A stretch of 63,826 bases of DNA, filler included, from Globobulimina sp. (Eukaryota): the NCBI GenBank assembly GCA_003354225.1. It is 44 parts of 44 records of this genome, joined end to end, with 100 filler letters (N's around TTAATTAATTAA, not from the genome) between each part and the next. Parts side by side here need not be neighbours in the genome. Positions count along the whole stretch, not along the records: positions 23,258 to 24,610 come from PIVH01018102.1; positions 24,711 to 26,063 come from PIVH01018103.1; positions 26,164 to 27,516 come from PIVH01018104.1; positions 27,617 to 28,969 come from PIVH01018105.1; positions 29,070 to 30,422 come from PIVH01018106.1; positions 30,523 to 31,875 come from PIVH01018107.1; positions 31,976 to 33,328 come from PIVH01018108.1; positions 33,429 to 34,781 come from PIVH01018109.1; 36 more parts are not named here. The stretch is one strand, 5' to 3'. The number at the start of each line of letters is the position of its first letter. Position 1 is the first letter of the stretch. Shown here piece by piece: positions 23,258-35,627 of this stretch. Made by a program: the position numbers and the translations under genes. Under the pieces are notes generated by a model that made no database searches, was not told the DNA's origin, and saw only the letters and a list, made by a program, of their open reading frames with translations.

Positions 23258-24608
23258 ATAATAAATTATGATGACCCACTCTATGATCAGTCTCATTGTC
23301 ATTAAGTACGACTGATCTGAAAGTTTCAGATGCGTATACACCTTGAAAATGATCCATCGAATTATTTGATTGATTATCTAATAATGAATTTAGTTTACCT
23401 TTTTTGTGATGGATTTGCGTGGTAACTTCAAGTGAAATTGAGTCAATATTAATAATTAAATCTAAGTATACGATGCTGTGCTTTACCTCACATTTTAAGA
23501 TAATATTCGATTTAAATAAATTTGATTGATATCTGATGCCATTATCATTGTTTAGTGTGTTTTTAATATAATTAATTTCATCCAATGTAAATATATCTAA
23601 ATTTAATTCAAATATCTCATAAACATCGTCGATGTATCTAAATTCGACTAAAATATTGATTGTTGCAATTTTTTCTCGCGAAAAAATGTGATTAAACATA
23701 GTAAATAACCAATCATTTCTTGTTTTATATTCTAAAAATAATAGGCAAATATTAGCAATGTTGGGTGATATTATCCAACCGGTTGCAACCACTTTGTTTA
23801 AATGTACAATTTTGCCATTTGAGTGAATATAAGTTGTATAGAACACAATTTTAATTATTTCAATCACACCATTTTGAAAAATTGAATTTATTTTAATTTT
23901 ATCCATTAACCAACGAACAGCAATGATAATATCGTCTAATTGTAAACTTTCGTACAATTTTGATACATCACTGGCTCTCTGGAAAATATCATGATGAATA
24001 AATTTATATTTCTCAGCGATATGATTTAAATAAAATTTGAGTTGATACGAATTTTCTAGAATGATTTGATAATTTGTATAATACCGAAAAATGGCTAAAT
24101 ATCCATTCAATTTCTTATTTAATAATGTTTGATAGAAATTAGTTGGATGGGAACCTAAACATAGTACTGGTCTCCACGTAAATGGCCGTCCTTTGTGTAT
24201 TTTGTGTAATGCTCCAATTTTTGCTAATTTTGGATAAGTTTCATTGTTTTTACAATCAAATAAGCCATTTACAAATGGCCAGTAACCAATTTCTTTCTCA
24301 ATTTGCCAAATTCCATTAAATTCTGCTTTAAAATTAATATGAAAATCATATAATTGGTTCATTAAACAACGAGAAACTTCATATTCTTCTTGCGATAAAG
24401 TAACAAAATTCTCGCCTTCTAATAATTTGTATGTAGATTCTAATAATTGTGGTTTTAACATAATTTCTAATCCCATATTTTTATCCAATTCCACAAAAAC
24501 ATAATTTTGCGATCTAAATTGTTCAAATTGGTATTTCATAGTTTGGTTAAAATTTAATTCGGACTCAAGACGTTTTTTATGTTTTTGATAATAATTTAAT
24601 GTGAATTT
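23258..24608 (-). mobile_element. Penelope-like retroelement reverse transcriptase (uninterrupted fragment)
   Basis: ELDKNMG, HKIHK..WRPV, SDVSKLYESL, VATGWIISPNIANI, FRYIDD, YLDLII, QIHHKK. Confidence 0.88.
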
Positions 24609-24732
24609 GTNNNNNNNNNNNNNNNNNNNNNNNNNNNNNNNNNNNNNNNNNNNNTTAATTAATTAANNNNNNNNNNNNNNNNNNNNNNNNNNNNNNNNNN
24701 NNNNNNNNNNAGCAAGCCTCGTCTTACTATTA

Positions 24733-25136
24733 TCAAGGGCTAGATACAGGGTATAACACCTGATCTTTATAACCTGTAGTAATCGCCATAAAGCCAGACA
24801 GTAACTGATCTAAATCATTATCGCCAGTATCGCTAATCAATGGCCGATTATCCAGCGCTGTTAATTTCGCTTTAGTGGCAATAATAGTGATATTTTCTTT
24901 ACCGCCATTTTGCTCAATAATAAAACGAATAATACGTGGGCTTAACTGCTGATTTCCTCGGCCAAAAATATGCCCTTGCCCACCAATTAAGGTGATAACC
25001 AAATTCACTCTTTGCTGATTTTTTGCTGCATGAATAAACATATTCCATAACTGCTCCTCAGTTACATCATGGGCAAACAATTTTTCATTTTGCACTACAT
25101 CGACACCAAGTAAGGTATTGTCAATACCTAACTCCC
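24733..25136 (-). CDS. Bacterial ATP-NAD kinase family protein, C-terminal part
   Basis: GIDNTLLGVDV...VITLIGGQGHIFGRGNQQLSP...LISDTGD...TTGYKD; similarity ends near 25136. Confidence 0.85.
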
Positions 25137-26163
25137 AACCATACTTCAGATAATGTCTATTGATGGCACACAAATAGAAGTACTTATTGGTGTCACTATG
25201 CTCAACAACAAAGGGCAATATCTCCCTGAACCATATATAATTGGCCGCAATCAACGGCGATTCAAAATACTGCGATCGCTCATAGGCAGACTCGAAAGCG
25301 GCCATAATCAAACTTTCCGTGCCTGATTAATAAATGCAGTTAAAAGATAGATAACAGGCGGTTTGTATGCGCAAAGTTATCTCAACAAACGGATCCGGCC
25401 TATACATATCACACAATAAAACACATGAAAAACCCCTCCAATTCACAGCTCAAATCAGCAAATATTCAGAGCTGGCGGTAAAGACTACCCCTTTCCTCAA
25501 CATGCAGTGAAGTCGCCACAAATACTGACCCAGAAAAAAACTTCAGCCAAACAAAAGAATGGCGCCTAAAACTGGGTCCTCGTGACACTGCCACCGTAAC
25601 ACCTCAAACGCTCCGTACATCTACACCAGCTCTCAGCAGTTGCACTGCCTACACCGAGCCTCAACATAACGAAACGTGACAACAACTCTCAGCATAGACG
25701 CTTAAACCAAGTCGTGGTGAAATTAAATTACAAAGGAAAGCCACACAAAACACACCCACCCAAAGTTGCAAAGTGTAAATATAATGATATAGAGATAAGT
25801 TTTTATTGTAATCGGCACATATTTGTTGTAATTGTGATGTACAGACCGCACATATAATGGATATAAATGGGCCCAAAAGCATCGTAAAATTTGGTAAAAA
25901 AAGAAGTATCGAGAAGTATTGAATACGAGAATGAGGAAAAAGCCATGCAAAGGCACCTCAAAATCAACGCCCCGTACCTGCAAAATGCTTATTTTGCGCA
26001 TTGGGACAATTCCGCGAAGTATGAGCATTGGCCAAGCCACATACAGTGCAATAATGCGGCCATNNNNNNNNNNNNNNNNNNNNNNNNNNNNNNNNNNNNN
26101 NNNNNNNTTAATTAATTAANNNNNNNNNNNNNNNNNNNNNNNNNNNNNNNNNNNNNNNNNNNN

Positions 26164-27482
26164 TTGTATTCAAAATATTCTTTGATATAATTTATCATAA
26201 ATTTATAGGCTTTGTTCTGAAATCTGCGAATTGTGGCACAGCTTAACACGCAGCCAAAGGTAAAGGTGTCCAATTTGATTAATCTATTTTTTATCAATTT
26301 GATTAGGTCCAAAAAAACATTGTGATCCTGCTGCGATATATAATGAAAATGGTATAAAATCTGTGACTGTTCGCGCCATAAACTGATATCTTTCTTATTA
26401 TTATGGTCCAAATCATTAAAAAAAGCAAATATATATTTCAAAATGAGTGCCATTTTACCTTTCTGTCCCAACATTAATATTTGAAGGATCAGCGGTGGTA
26501 ACAATGAATAATTCAATTTATTGATCACTTTCATGATTTTGGCTAAACAGCCAATCAATTCCTCGCCGTTTAAATTCAATTCTTTTAAGGATGAGATTAT
26601 ATTAATTACCATATGATGGCAGCATATATCATCATTGCTATTCGTATCTTGTATTTTCCACTTTTTTTCACATATCAATGCGATGATAAATCGTTCAAAT
26701 TCTGCACCGTTTTGGCTGTCTGTGTCTGCGTCGGATATTAAATATAATTCAATTTTTTGAGAGTATTTCAATGTAATTAGTAATTCTGGTAAGAGCTTGA
26801 ATGATTTCCCTGTGTTGTTCTCGTTGTTGACGGAGGACACAATGTGATGTGCATTATGTGCGTGATATGCTAATGGCATTACTGCAATCTGTGCATATTT
26901 GTTATTACTTTGTTGTCGGACTGAGACTCAACACAAATTCTTAACTTCTTCCAAGTAAATCGAGATTGCTTTTTCTGTCCATTTTTCATGCTCTTTTCGG
27001 GTGTGTGGGAAATTAATTATTTTACAAAATTCAATAAAAAATGCGACGGATTTATTCATAAATGCTCTTTCTCCTTTTTTGCTGTTGTGTTTATTATCAT
27101 TCTCATCATCATCGTCGGCATCATCATGGGAAGGATGGATATCATGTTTTCGATTATTTTGCAATGATAAATAGTGATAACTGAAATTTTGATATCCTCG
27201 GAACAATCCTCGAATTAAATTATGAAATGCGATTTCATCATTTTTGTTATATGATTCATGCAATGCGGTTGTAATTTGTTGCGGATTCATTTCGTTAATA
27301 TTATTAATAAATACTTCTATTTCTGCGGTCAAATTGTTTTTATTTTTATCAGTGGCTTGGGTCAATGCAAAGAGACTGGTGGATTTATATGGCATTGGTT
27401 CCACTGATTCATCCTTATTCGTGGTATGGTTCTTGTTCTTATCTTTACGCCTTGACTGAGTTTGTGTATTTGTGCGGGGCAT
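26164..27482 (-). CDS. FANCI: FANCI (Fanconi anemia group I) N-terminal region, intron 26889-26945
   Basis: KSFKLLPELL, GAEFERFIIALICEKKW, LPPLILQILMLGQKG..ILKYIFAFF, FTFGCVLSCATIRRFQ recall FANCI solenoid 1/HD1 motifs. Confidence 0.75.
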
Positions 27483-28282
27483 TATCTGTCAAGGTTTTGT
27501 AAACAAAACTGTAATANNNNNNNNNNNNNNNNNNNNNNNNNNNNNNNNNNNNNNNNNNNNTTAATTAATTAANNNNNNNNNNNNNNNNNNNNNNNNNNNN
27601 NNNNNNNNNNNNNNNNTTTACATCAAAATAATTGTAGAATTCGCTATGATTACAGAAATATTGGGCTGATAACTAGTTTCCAGTGTTTAACATCCAGAAA
27701 CGGGTGTATTACTGTAAACGTAATGATTTTTAAGGTTCTATGTAACCCAACCATTTAGTAAAGGGTGTTTGTGCTACCAATATTTCACGCGTCAACCGCT
27801 GACCGCGTACAACTAGTTATGAAATGGACAAACTAGGTAGTACTGCTTGGAAACATTACTCGGCCGCTTGAACCGTTTTGTTTATGTTTCATAATTGGCG
27901 AGAATATATAAAAGTGATTGTTTGCAACATCTCTTAGATCGATTTGGACAGCCGCTTCTGGAAATGAAAACCCAGAGTTGTTGTTCATATCGATTTTGCT
28001 AAATTCATCGACATGATGGAAATAATAATCTTTTGCAAAAATTTCATATATTAAAATAAAATCTATTTTATCAAGCCGCGACGTGTTATAATGATAAAGG
28101 CGTTAGTATAAGCCTGGCAGATGAATGCTAGATCGATAATAGCTGATACATATAAATAAAACCATTTCAACATTTATTAAGTCAAATGCACACGATTAAC
28201 CAGTATTACCCAAATATGGAGCACGAATCATACCGGCCGATTATATCAAATCGTATATACTAGTAACGAAGTATCGAACATG

Positions 28283-28662
28283 GATGTATTGCCAATAGCG
28301 AATGATGTAAAGTTATATAAATATAATACAGCATTATTCAACATTTCAAAAGAGAGTTCTAGTAATGTGAATAGGGAGTCCCAACTGCCACGTAATCGAT
28401 ATAAGCATACAAGCGTAGGACCCCACGGTAGATCAGCGCAGGCTCGATATCATCCTTACATATAAACCAGGGACAATGATAGCGGATAAGACGCTCGAAT
28501 TAAGCCCGACAGATCCGCAATGTATCGATACGATGTATTGTCCATAGCGAATGATGTAAAGTTATATAAATATAATGCAGCATTATTCAACATTTCAAAA
28601 GAGAGTTCTAGTAATGTGAATAGAGAGTCCCAACTGCCACGTAATCGATATAAGCATACAAG
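28283..28662. repeat. 131-bp direct repeat pair (28283-28413 and 28532-28662)
   Basis: Near-identical copies with a handful of substitutions. Confidence 0.92.
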
Positions 28663-29287
28663 TTACGGTAATGTACCATATAGCGTTAATCCTTAGCAGT
28701 GTGATTAAACAGACAGTTTAGAAATGTGGAGCGCGTCTCACCCTGATATTGCCTGATTTGGATACCGGAAAAACTGGCATAATTACAATGATACGTCTCG
28801 GTCATATCTATTATATTTGTAACAGATTTTAAAACGACTTGACGTCTATTTGTAAGATATATTGTAGTGCAAGTAAGTCGAAAAAGTAAATATGATCATG
28901 GGACCGACTGCTATTATTTCTAACAATTTAATATTCTGGTATTATTAAAAAACGTGAATTGGTAGTATCNNNNNNNNNNNNNNNNNNNNNNNNNNNNNNN
29001 NNNNNNNNNNNNNTTAATTAATTAANNNNNNNNNNNNNNNNNNNNNNNNNNNNNNNNNNNNNNNNNNNNTTAGAAAAATCAATCAGTTTTTTGTTGATTG
29101 TGGATGGGAATTAAAGCAAATCACATATTCCGAAATTAAAAGAAATACGAAACCATGTTCTGAAACATTACAAATTAAGAAAAAAAGTTTACAAACACGT
29201 AGTGTTATTATTGCATACACTTATGTTTGTTGTTGTTAATTTCATTGGATTGCTTTAAATTATTAAGGTGATTGTTTTCAATCTTTT

Positions 29288-30268
29288 TTGTTGAAGCGAT
29301 CATCCCTACTGAGCATTATGTCGTTACGCAATTTCTTTAAAAACAGAAAGTCGAATCAACCATCACGTGATACCACTAAACCATCACTCGACGAAACATT
29401 ATCATTAAAATTGTATGAGATATCATCAACACAAACATCAATGACACCAACTGCCGAATTCGAAACTCTATGTTTATATGACTTTGATTCATATTCAACA
29501 TTAATTGAGTATGGCTATAAAATAATAAAAACAACCCAGATATCTCAAGGCCAAATAATCGAAGCATGTTCCATTGCCAATGGAATGCAAAAATTTGTGA
29601 TCAAAAAAGTGAACAAGACAAAAACAGCAAATATTCTGCGGGAAGCCTCATTATTACGTTTTTGCAGTGACAATAAATATATTTGTAAATATATCGATTT
29701 TTTTAACGATGACAAATATTATTATTTGGTAATGGAACATGGCGGAGATATTTCGTTAAAAACGTGGCTTAAAAAAGCATTTGAAAACATTAAAAACGGT
29801 GCATTGGACGTAAAACAATATAAAAATTTAATAAAATATATCATTTGGCAAATTTCATCGCTTATTTATTGGTTGCATAATGATCGAAAAATATGCCATT
29901 TAGGCATTACAATGGAAAATATTATGCTTTCAAACGAATTTAATGATGGCGCAAATATTGAAATAAAAGTATCGCATTTTGAAAGCGCAAAAGAGTTTAA
30001 TTCTGATAATGAAAAAATAGATGTTTGGTCAATGGGTATTTTATTATACGAATTAACGTTCGGTGAATATCCATCAGATTCCGGGTTATGTGCCATTAAA
30101 TATAATCGTTTGAGTTATCATATTTGTATGAAAAATCTTTCCCGATATACATCACAATCAATGTTGACCTTAATTTGTGGGATGTTGATGTATGATGAAG
30201 CAAAAAGATTTGATGTATTGAAAATCATTCAATGCAAATGGTTTAATGATTGTGTGTTACAAGTTTGA
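29288..30268 (+). CDS. CAMK-like protein kinase fold, probable pseudokinase
   Basis: VIKK, YYYLVMEHGG and DVWSMGILLYEL present; HRD replaced by HLG, DFG by HFE, activation loop/APE missing. Confidence 0.85.
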   Translation: MLKRSSLLSIMSLRNFFKNRKSNQPSRDTTKPSLDETLSLKLYEISSTQTSMTPTAEFETLCLYDFDSYSTLIEYGYKIIKTTQISQGQIIEACSIANGMQKFVIKKVNKTKTANILREASLLRFCSDNKYICKYIDFFNDDKYYYLVMEHGGDISLKTWLKKAFENIKNGALDVKQYKNLIKYIIWQISSLIYWLHNDRKICHLGITMENIMLSNEFNDGANIEIKVSHFESAKEFNSDNEKIDVWSMGILLYELTFGEYPSDSGLCAIKYNRLSYHICMKNLSRYTSQSMLTLICGMLMYDEAKRFDVLKIIQCKWFNDCVLQV

Positions 30269-30522
30269 TTTGTGTGGAATTTACAGCTATTTATTTGTGT
30301 TTTACTGTTTCATTTTTGTTTCTATTGTGTTCATGTTATAGTCTTTTAAGGTGTTTTTTTTTAATCCTACTTATTATCTCTATTATTTATGTGTATCAAT
30401 TCTTCTTCGTTTATTTGTTTTTNNNNNNNNNNNNNNNNNNNNNNNNNNNNNNNNNNNNNNNNNNNNTTAATTAATTAANNNNNNNNNNNNNNNNNNNNNN
30501 NNNNNNNNNNNNNNNNNNNNNN

Positions 30523-31815
30523 GGAGTTGGATATTTTATGCTTTATTATTTGATGGATGTGAGGCTGAATTGAATGCAGCAGCAAATGCGTGTAATGGTG
30601 TGAGTGCAGAATGTTATAATAGTAAGGGATGGCTGACCTCGTTTAAATGGAATGGATATAAACATTGGACGAAATTTATTGCATGTTGGTATCATATTAA
30701 TTCAAGTTCAAAATATAATATTTTGAAACGAAAAGGAATAACTGTTGCTACCAAAGCAAAATTAGTCAGCTTTGTTTTACAGTTACTCCGTACATTACGG
30801 TATCTGGAGGATTTTGAATTTATTTTAAAAGCCGTTGCATTTATTAAACGGTTAGTATCATTATCAACATTGAATGTAACTGATGATTCATTCGCGATTC
30901 AGGAGATTTGTCGTGATGATATTATTAATGATTTGAAACAGTTTGAGGATGAGCCGGAAATAATCGATGAGACAATTGTTAATATTGAGGATAAATTGCA
31001 GCAGAAACGAGATGTGGATGAATATAATATACAAATAAGGGATGATGGCACTGTTAGAATTCTAGGGAATGCGGCTTATTTATATGTTTTATTTTATCGG
31101 ACAGATAATGATAATGAAAGATTGATGGAGATACCATTTATGCGTTGGAGTGCCATTGTGGATGCTTCTGAGTATCCGGTGATAAAATTACCGTGGGAAA
31201 AAATTGTAGATTCATTTGGGAAATGGTTGTATAGATATAAAATATGTGAATTACCATGTTATAATATTATGTTTGAATAAAGATTTTCAAATAACTACAT
31301 CATGGCCATCGGAAATAACGCATAAAATAGTTAAAATATTTGATTTTAATCGGTGGAAACCGAGACCTGATGTATTTATAAGGATTTGTATAGAGATTGC
31401 GAAGGAATGTGATGAAGTTTTATTGTATGAATGCAAAGTAACAGCACAAAAGAGCAGACGTGCCATAACTGACTCGGTTTGGGGTAGGAAAGGTGAAAAG
31501 AAGGGTGATGATGATACATTATATAAACGTTTTTTGCGATTGATATCTTATGCCCAATCCAATCAACTCGCAAAAATTACATGGACATCAGTTATAAAAG
31601 AGGTGGATGCATTGCCATCTGTTACAGCCAAATTATTTGCTGCAGACGGTACTGCGTTTAAAAAAACCTATGGATTTAGGAATGATGATGTTGCAGATAC
31701 ATTTAGTAAATGGTTGTCATATAAAGAGGTACATTTTGGTGGAGCATTTATAAAATATTGTGCGTTGTTGGAGGAGGCGGAGATACATAAACAAGAGAAA
31801 AATGAGAATGACTGA
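30523..31815 (+). CDS. Hypothetical protein (two long overlapping frames, probably joined by a short intron near 31230-31282)
   Basis: ORFs 30570-31280 and 31216-31815 on the same strand. Confidence 0.5.
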
Positions 31816-31975
31816 AGTTTATTGGCTGTTAATATGGGACTTATTTTGTTGTGTTTATTCGTTTTGCTATTTGCTNNNNNNNNNNNNNNNNNNNNNNNNN
31901 NNNNNNNNNNNNNNNNNNNTTAATTAATTAANNNNNNNNNNNNNNNNNNNNNNNNNNNNNNNNNNNNNNNNNNNN

Positions 31976-32884
31976 TTTGCCTAAATATGACGATATAAAA
32001 ACGCAAAAATTATGGTTAAATGTTCCCAGCCAATCATAAATTGCATCTTTTTCATCATTTTTATCATCATCGCCATAGATGCCATTATAAGCTGCATACG
32101 AATGATATGATTGACATAAATTCCATAATATATCATAACAATATATTTTACCCAATCCATTTGTTTCATGATCAGTGTTTTGCATAATTGGTATCAGCTC
32201 ATTCAACAAATTTGATCTTATCATTCTGTCTGGAAATGCTGCATCCACTTCTTGCATATATTCAGTTATTCGAGCTAATAAACGTAAAAACGCATTCATT
32301 GCATCAGTGTCGGCTGGAAATTTCAATATCAATTCACGATTAATTATAATATCATCAATCACAACACATAGAATTTCTGGCTCAATCTCACTGATAACAT
32401 GTACACAAACATTGCAATTAAAGCAGGAAAAAAGAATAAAAACATACATAGCGGCCTCAATTAAGGAATAAACATTGATTTGGCATATTTTTTTATAGTT
32501 TTCATGTTTTAGAATATTTATTATTCGTTTGAATGAGTGATATGGCATTGAACCATCAAAAAATTCATCGTCACACACTAAATTGATTAAGATTTGTAAC
32601 AATTCATTTGTAAGATGTGGTGTTAATTTGTGTACAGGTTTGAGTTGTTCGCCTTCAATGCAATCTTGTTCATCTTGTTGGTTTTTAAAGGGACGTAATA
32701 ATTTCATTAAGCTTAAATGTATTTCATTTTCAAACATCGATTGAATTATTTCCTTATTTGTTGATAAATGCGATAATGCCGTAATTGCTGCTGATTTATC
32801 ATTAATATCCACTGATTCTAATAATTTACCAACATGTCCAATACTGGTTGATGTCTTTGAGCCTGCTGAGTGTGCCATCGTCAA
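31976..32884 (-). CDS. Helical-repeat (ARM-like) hypothetical protein
   Basis: Long frame of amphipathic helices; probably contains a retained in-frame intron. Confidence 0.45.
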
Positions 32885-32952
32885 AATAGCACAACTTAAG
32901 AGTTTTTTTACGAAAAATACAAATTAAGCAAAATGTAAAGAATAGGCAGTTA

Positions 32953-33329
32953 TTATATTTGGTATTGATCCACAATATCTGTGAGCTGTTGATCAACCTT
33001 ATAAATGAGCAAAGAATCATGTTCCGTATTAAATGCGATGTGAGATCTCTCCTCGAAAATGATTGACTTATCCAAATTGAATGGTTTGCGCTTCAAATTA
33101 TTTTCAAAATGGTGAGGTGAGGTTATATCGCGATTTGTGCCGTTATTATACGAGGTGACGGCCCAATATTTGATCCCTGCAGATTTTACAACATTTTTCA
33201 CCAAACGCAAGCCTTGCTTTAATGGCAAATGTTGTATAACGTCTCTGGTCAACACCATATCAAATGAATGGACTCCACCTTTCTCACTTTTCAGACTGTA
33301 CTGAGGCACTCCACATTTCACCAAATCCN
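32953..33329 (-). CDS. Class I SAM-dependent methyltransferase-like C-terminus
   Basis: FDMVLTRDVIQHLP...NLKRKPFNL motifs. Confidence 0.7.
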
Positions 33330-33600
33330 NNNNNNNNNNNNNNNNNNNNNNNNNNNNNNNNNNNNNNNNNNNTTAATTAATTAANNNNNNNNNNNNNNNN
33401 NNNNNNNNNNNNNNNNNNNNNNNNNNNNAATATACTCAATATATATGATATGAGATATGAAAAGGCAAATATGATATGATACACGAGAAGGAATTATGGG
33501 AATATACCATTGGGGCAAATATGAAAAGGATAACATAACATGCATAGCATAAAACGTGCGTTACCAATGACAATAATTAGTTTGAGGAGCAATCATTAAA

Positions 33601-34781
33601 ATGCTGGCTACACGGTTAAAACCACAAAAACCTGATAAATCATGTCAACCAAAAACAAGAGGACATTACATTTACATGGTGGTATTAGTTTCATTTATAC
33701 TCATTCTACTTTCTTATATTGCTGATATATATTTACTGACATTCCATTATGATGCCACCGATAACAACAATGATATCTTTTTAATATCACAACAACCAGA
33801 GAATCAAAACAATGAATTCCAACATGATCCATGTCATTTAAATGCAGCAATCACAAACAAAATATACATTTACGATCTGCCATACTTTTACCGTGAACAA
33901 CCACGCAAACATTGGTATAAATGGATCCATGGCAAACAAAAAATATACGACACGCCCTCCATTTTAAACTTTGCATTCGGTGAACGTATGAATATCAGCC
34001 AGAGCAACAATGACTTTTACCACACACACATGCATTCATTAGAAATATTATTAAACGAAAGGTTCAAATCGCAACACAACAAATATTTTACTAAAAATGC
34101 ATCCGCGGCGGTTTTATTTCATATTCCATTTGCCTTCGCAATGCATTTTAGATTTTATAACGTCAGAGATTGGGATGAACTCATCGACCATCACACGTTT
34201 GTACTGCAATGGCTATCCGACACTGTCCCCAACATCACCAAAATCAAAGATATTGCGCTGCAGCAAAGAGAATCTGCAGTATTCAAAAAATATTTTCTAA
34301 CCAAAAATAACTATAAACCACACTGGTTATCGTACACCAGAATAGCTCATGAAACTGATCGATTGACACGGAAAGACTCACCGTTTTGGATCAATGCCAA
34401 TGCCAATCATGAAACTAATAACTTACATGCCATGTTTTCACCATATTGGCATATTAGCATTGATAGAAATTGTGGCGATCCACGGCAATGTTTTAAACGC
34501 ATTTCAGTGCCGCATCCATCGGTATTTCATCCCACTACTAAGGAATCATTAAAATTGCAAATTGATAAATTGAAAGAAATCAATAAAGCAAATAAGCGGA
34601 ATATATTGGTTTCATTTTGTGGCGCAGTGCGTACTGAGACTCGCAAACAAGCACAGAAAGTATGTCTGAAACATAACAGTGACAAATCAAAATGGAAGAT
34701 TTGGTGGAAACAATACAAAACAACAAATAGTGAATTTGAAATGTGTCATTTTGAGGACTCTGTGCAGTATGAAAAAGTATT
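33601..34781 (+). CDS. Exostosin/GT47 glycosyltransferase (type II membrane)
   Basis: N-terminal TM, KIYIYDLP, SLEILLNERF, LFHIPF, VPHPSVFHP, RNILVSFCG. Confidence 0.85.
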
Positions 34782-34881
34782 NNNNNNNNNNNNNNNNNNN
34801 NNNNNNNNNNNNNNNNNNNNNNNNNTTAATTAATTAANNNNNNNNNNNNNNNNNNNNNNNNNNNNNNNNNNNNNNNNNNNN

Positions 34882-35430
34882 AATACAAATAATTTAAATT
34901 GTCCAGACGGGCATTCGTCACACTCGATTGGTCATTTTTTGGCTTGCTATGAATGTAGCGGAGTGAATTTAAATTTATGTCTTAGAGACGATCGCGAGGT
35001 GGAAATGGAATTAAATCCGAAAGAATACTTTGGAGGAATGTATAGTACAAATGAGTGTGGCGGACCACAATATAAAAATCCATTGACTGGGACCTATGGA
35101 TGTGATATGACAGATGGGTATGAAGCATATTTGGCCATCGCATCACAAACAGATAATTATTGTGATACAAATATATATGTTTGTATGCGACGACCCGTGG
35201 ATTATTTTAATTTTGGTGGCTTTTATACGGAATATAAGACCAGTAATGGATGCGTCGATTGTTTAGAATCAAATGTAAATAATGCAGTGATAAATTCGTT
35301 AACCTGCCCTGATAAACATGATAAACATTTAGTGGCTTATACCTATTCTCCTGGCAGTTCGCCAGAATGTCCTGGATGTAATGGAAAAGCGTATTTGTGT
35401 GAAATGCCTAAAAAAGATAAAAAACGTTAA
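34882..35430 (+). CDS. Protein ending in MPEG1/perforin-2 P2 (MABP)-like three-repeat domain
   Basis: Repeats of FGG(M/F)Y...NPLTGTYGC, NAVINSLTCP and NTNNLNCPDG with conserved cysteines. Confidence 0.65.
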   Translation, partial: NTNNLNCPDGHSSHSIGHFLACYECSGVNLNLCLRDDREVEMELNPKEYFGGMYSTNECGGPQYKNPLTGTYGCDMTDGYEAYLAIASQTDNYCDTNIYVCMRRPVDYFNFGGFYTEYKTSNGCVDCLESNVNNAVINSLTCPDKHDKHLVAYTYSPGSSPECPGCNGKAYLCEMPKKDKKR

Positions 35431-35627
35431 TAAATTGTTTTGTTCTTACGTTGTTTTTAGATCGTTTTTAAGTTTAATTTGAAACAAAAAACTTTGTACA
35501 GACTTGTTTTAATACAATATACAAATTGTTAACAAAAAAAAACTTTGCAAGCCGATTAATTAATGTATATCAAAAACAACACTGTAATTTACCAATCACA
35601 ATCACAAAACAATAAACAAATATATAT

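Noticed and set aside
23258-24608. Retron, group II intron or telomerase RT
   Set aside because: The DK-G, KxHK..RP and thumb motifs fit Penelope-like elements; no TERT T-motif, retron VTG or group II YADD
25137-26063. Alternative genetic code (TGA=Trp) gene
   Set aside because: TAA/TAG stops remain in the candidate frames; other contigs use TAA, TAG and TGA as normal stops
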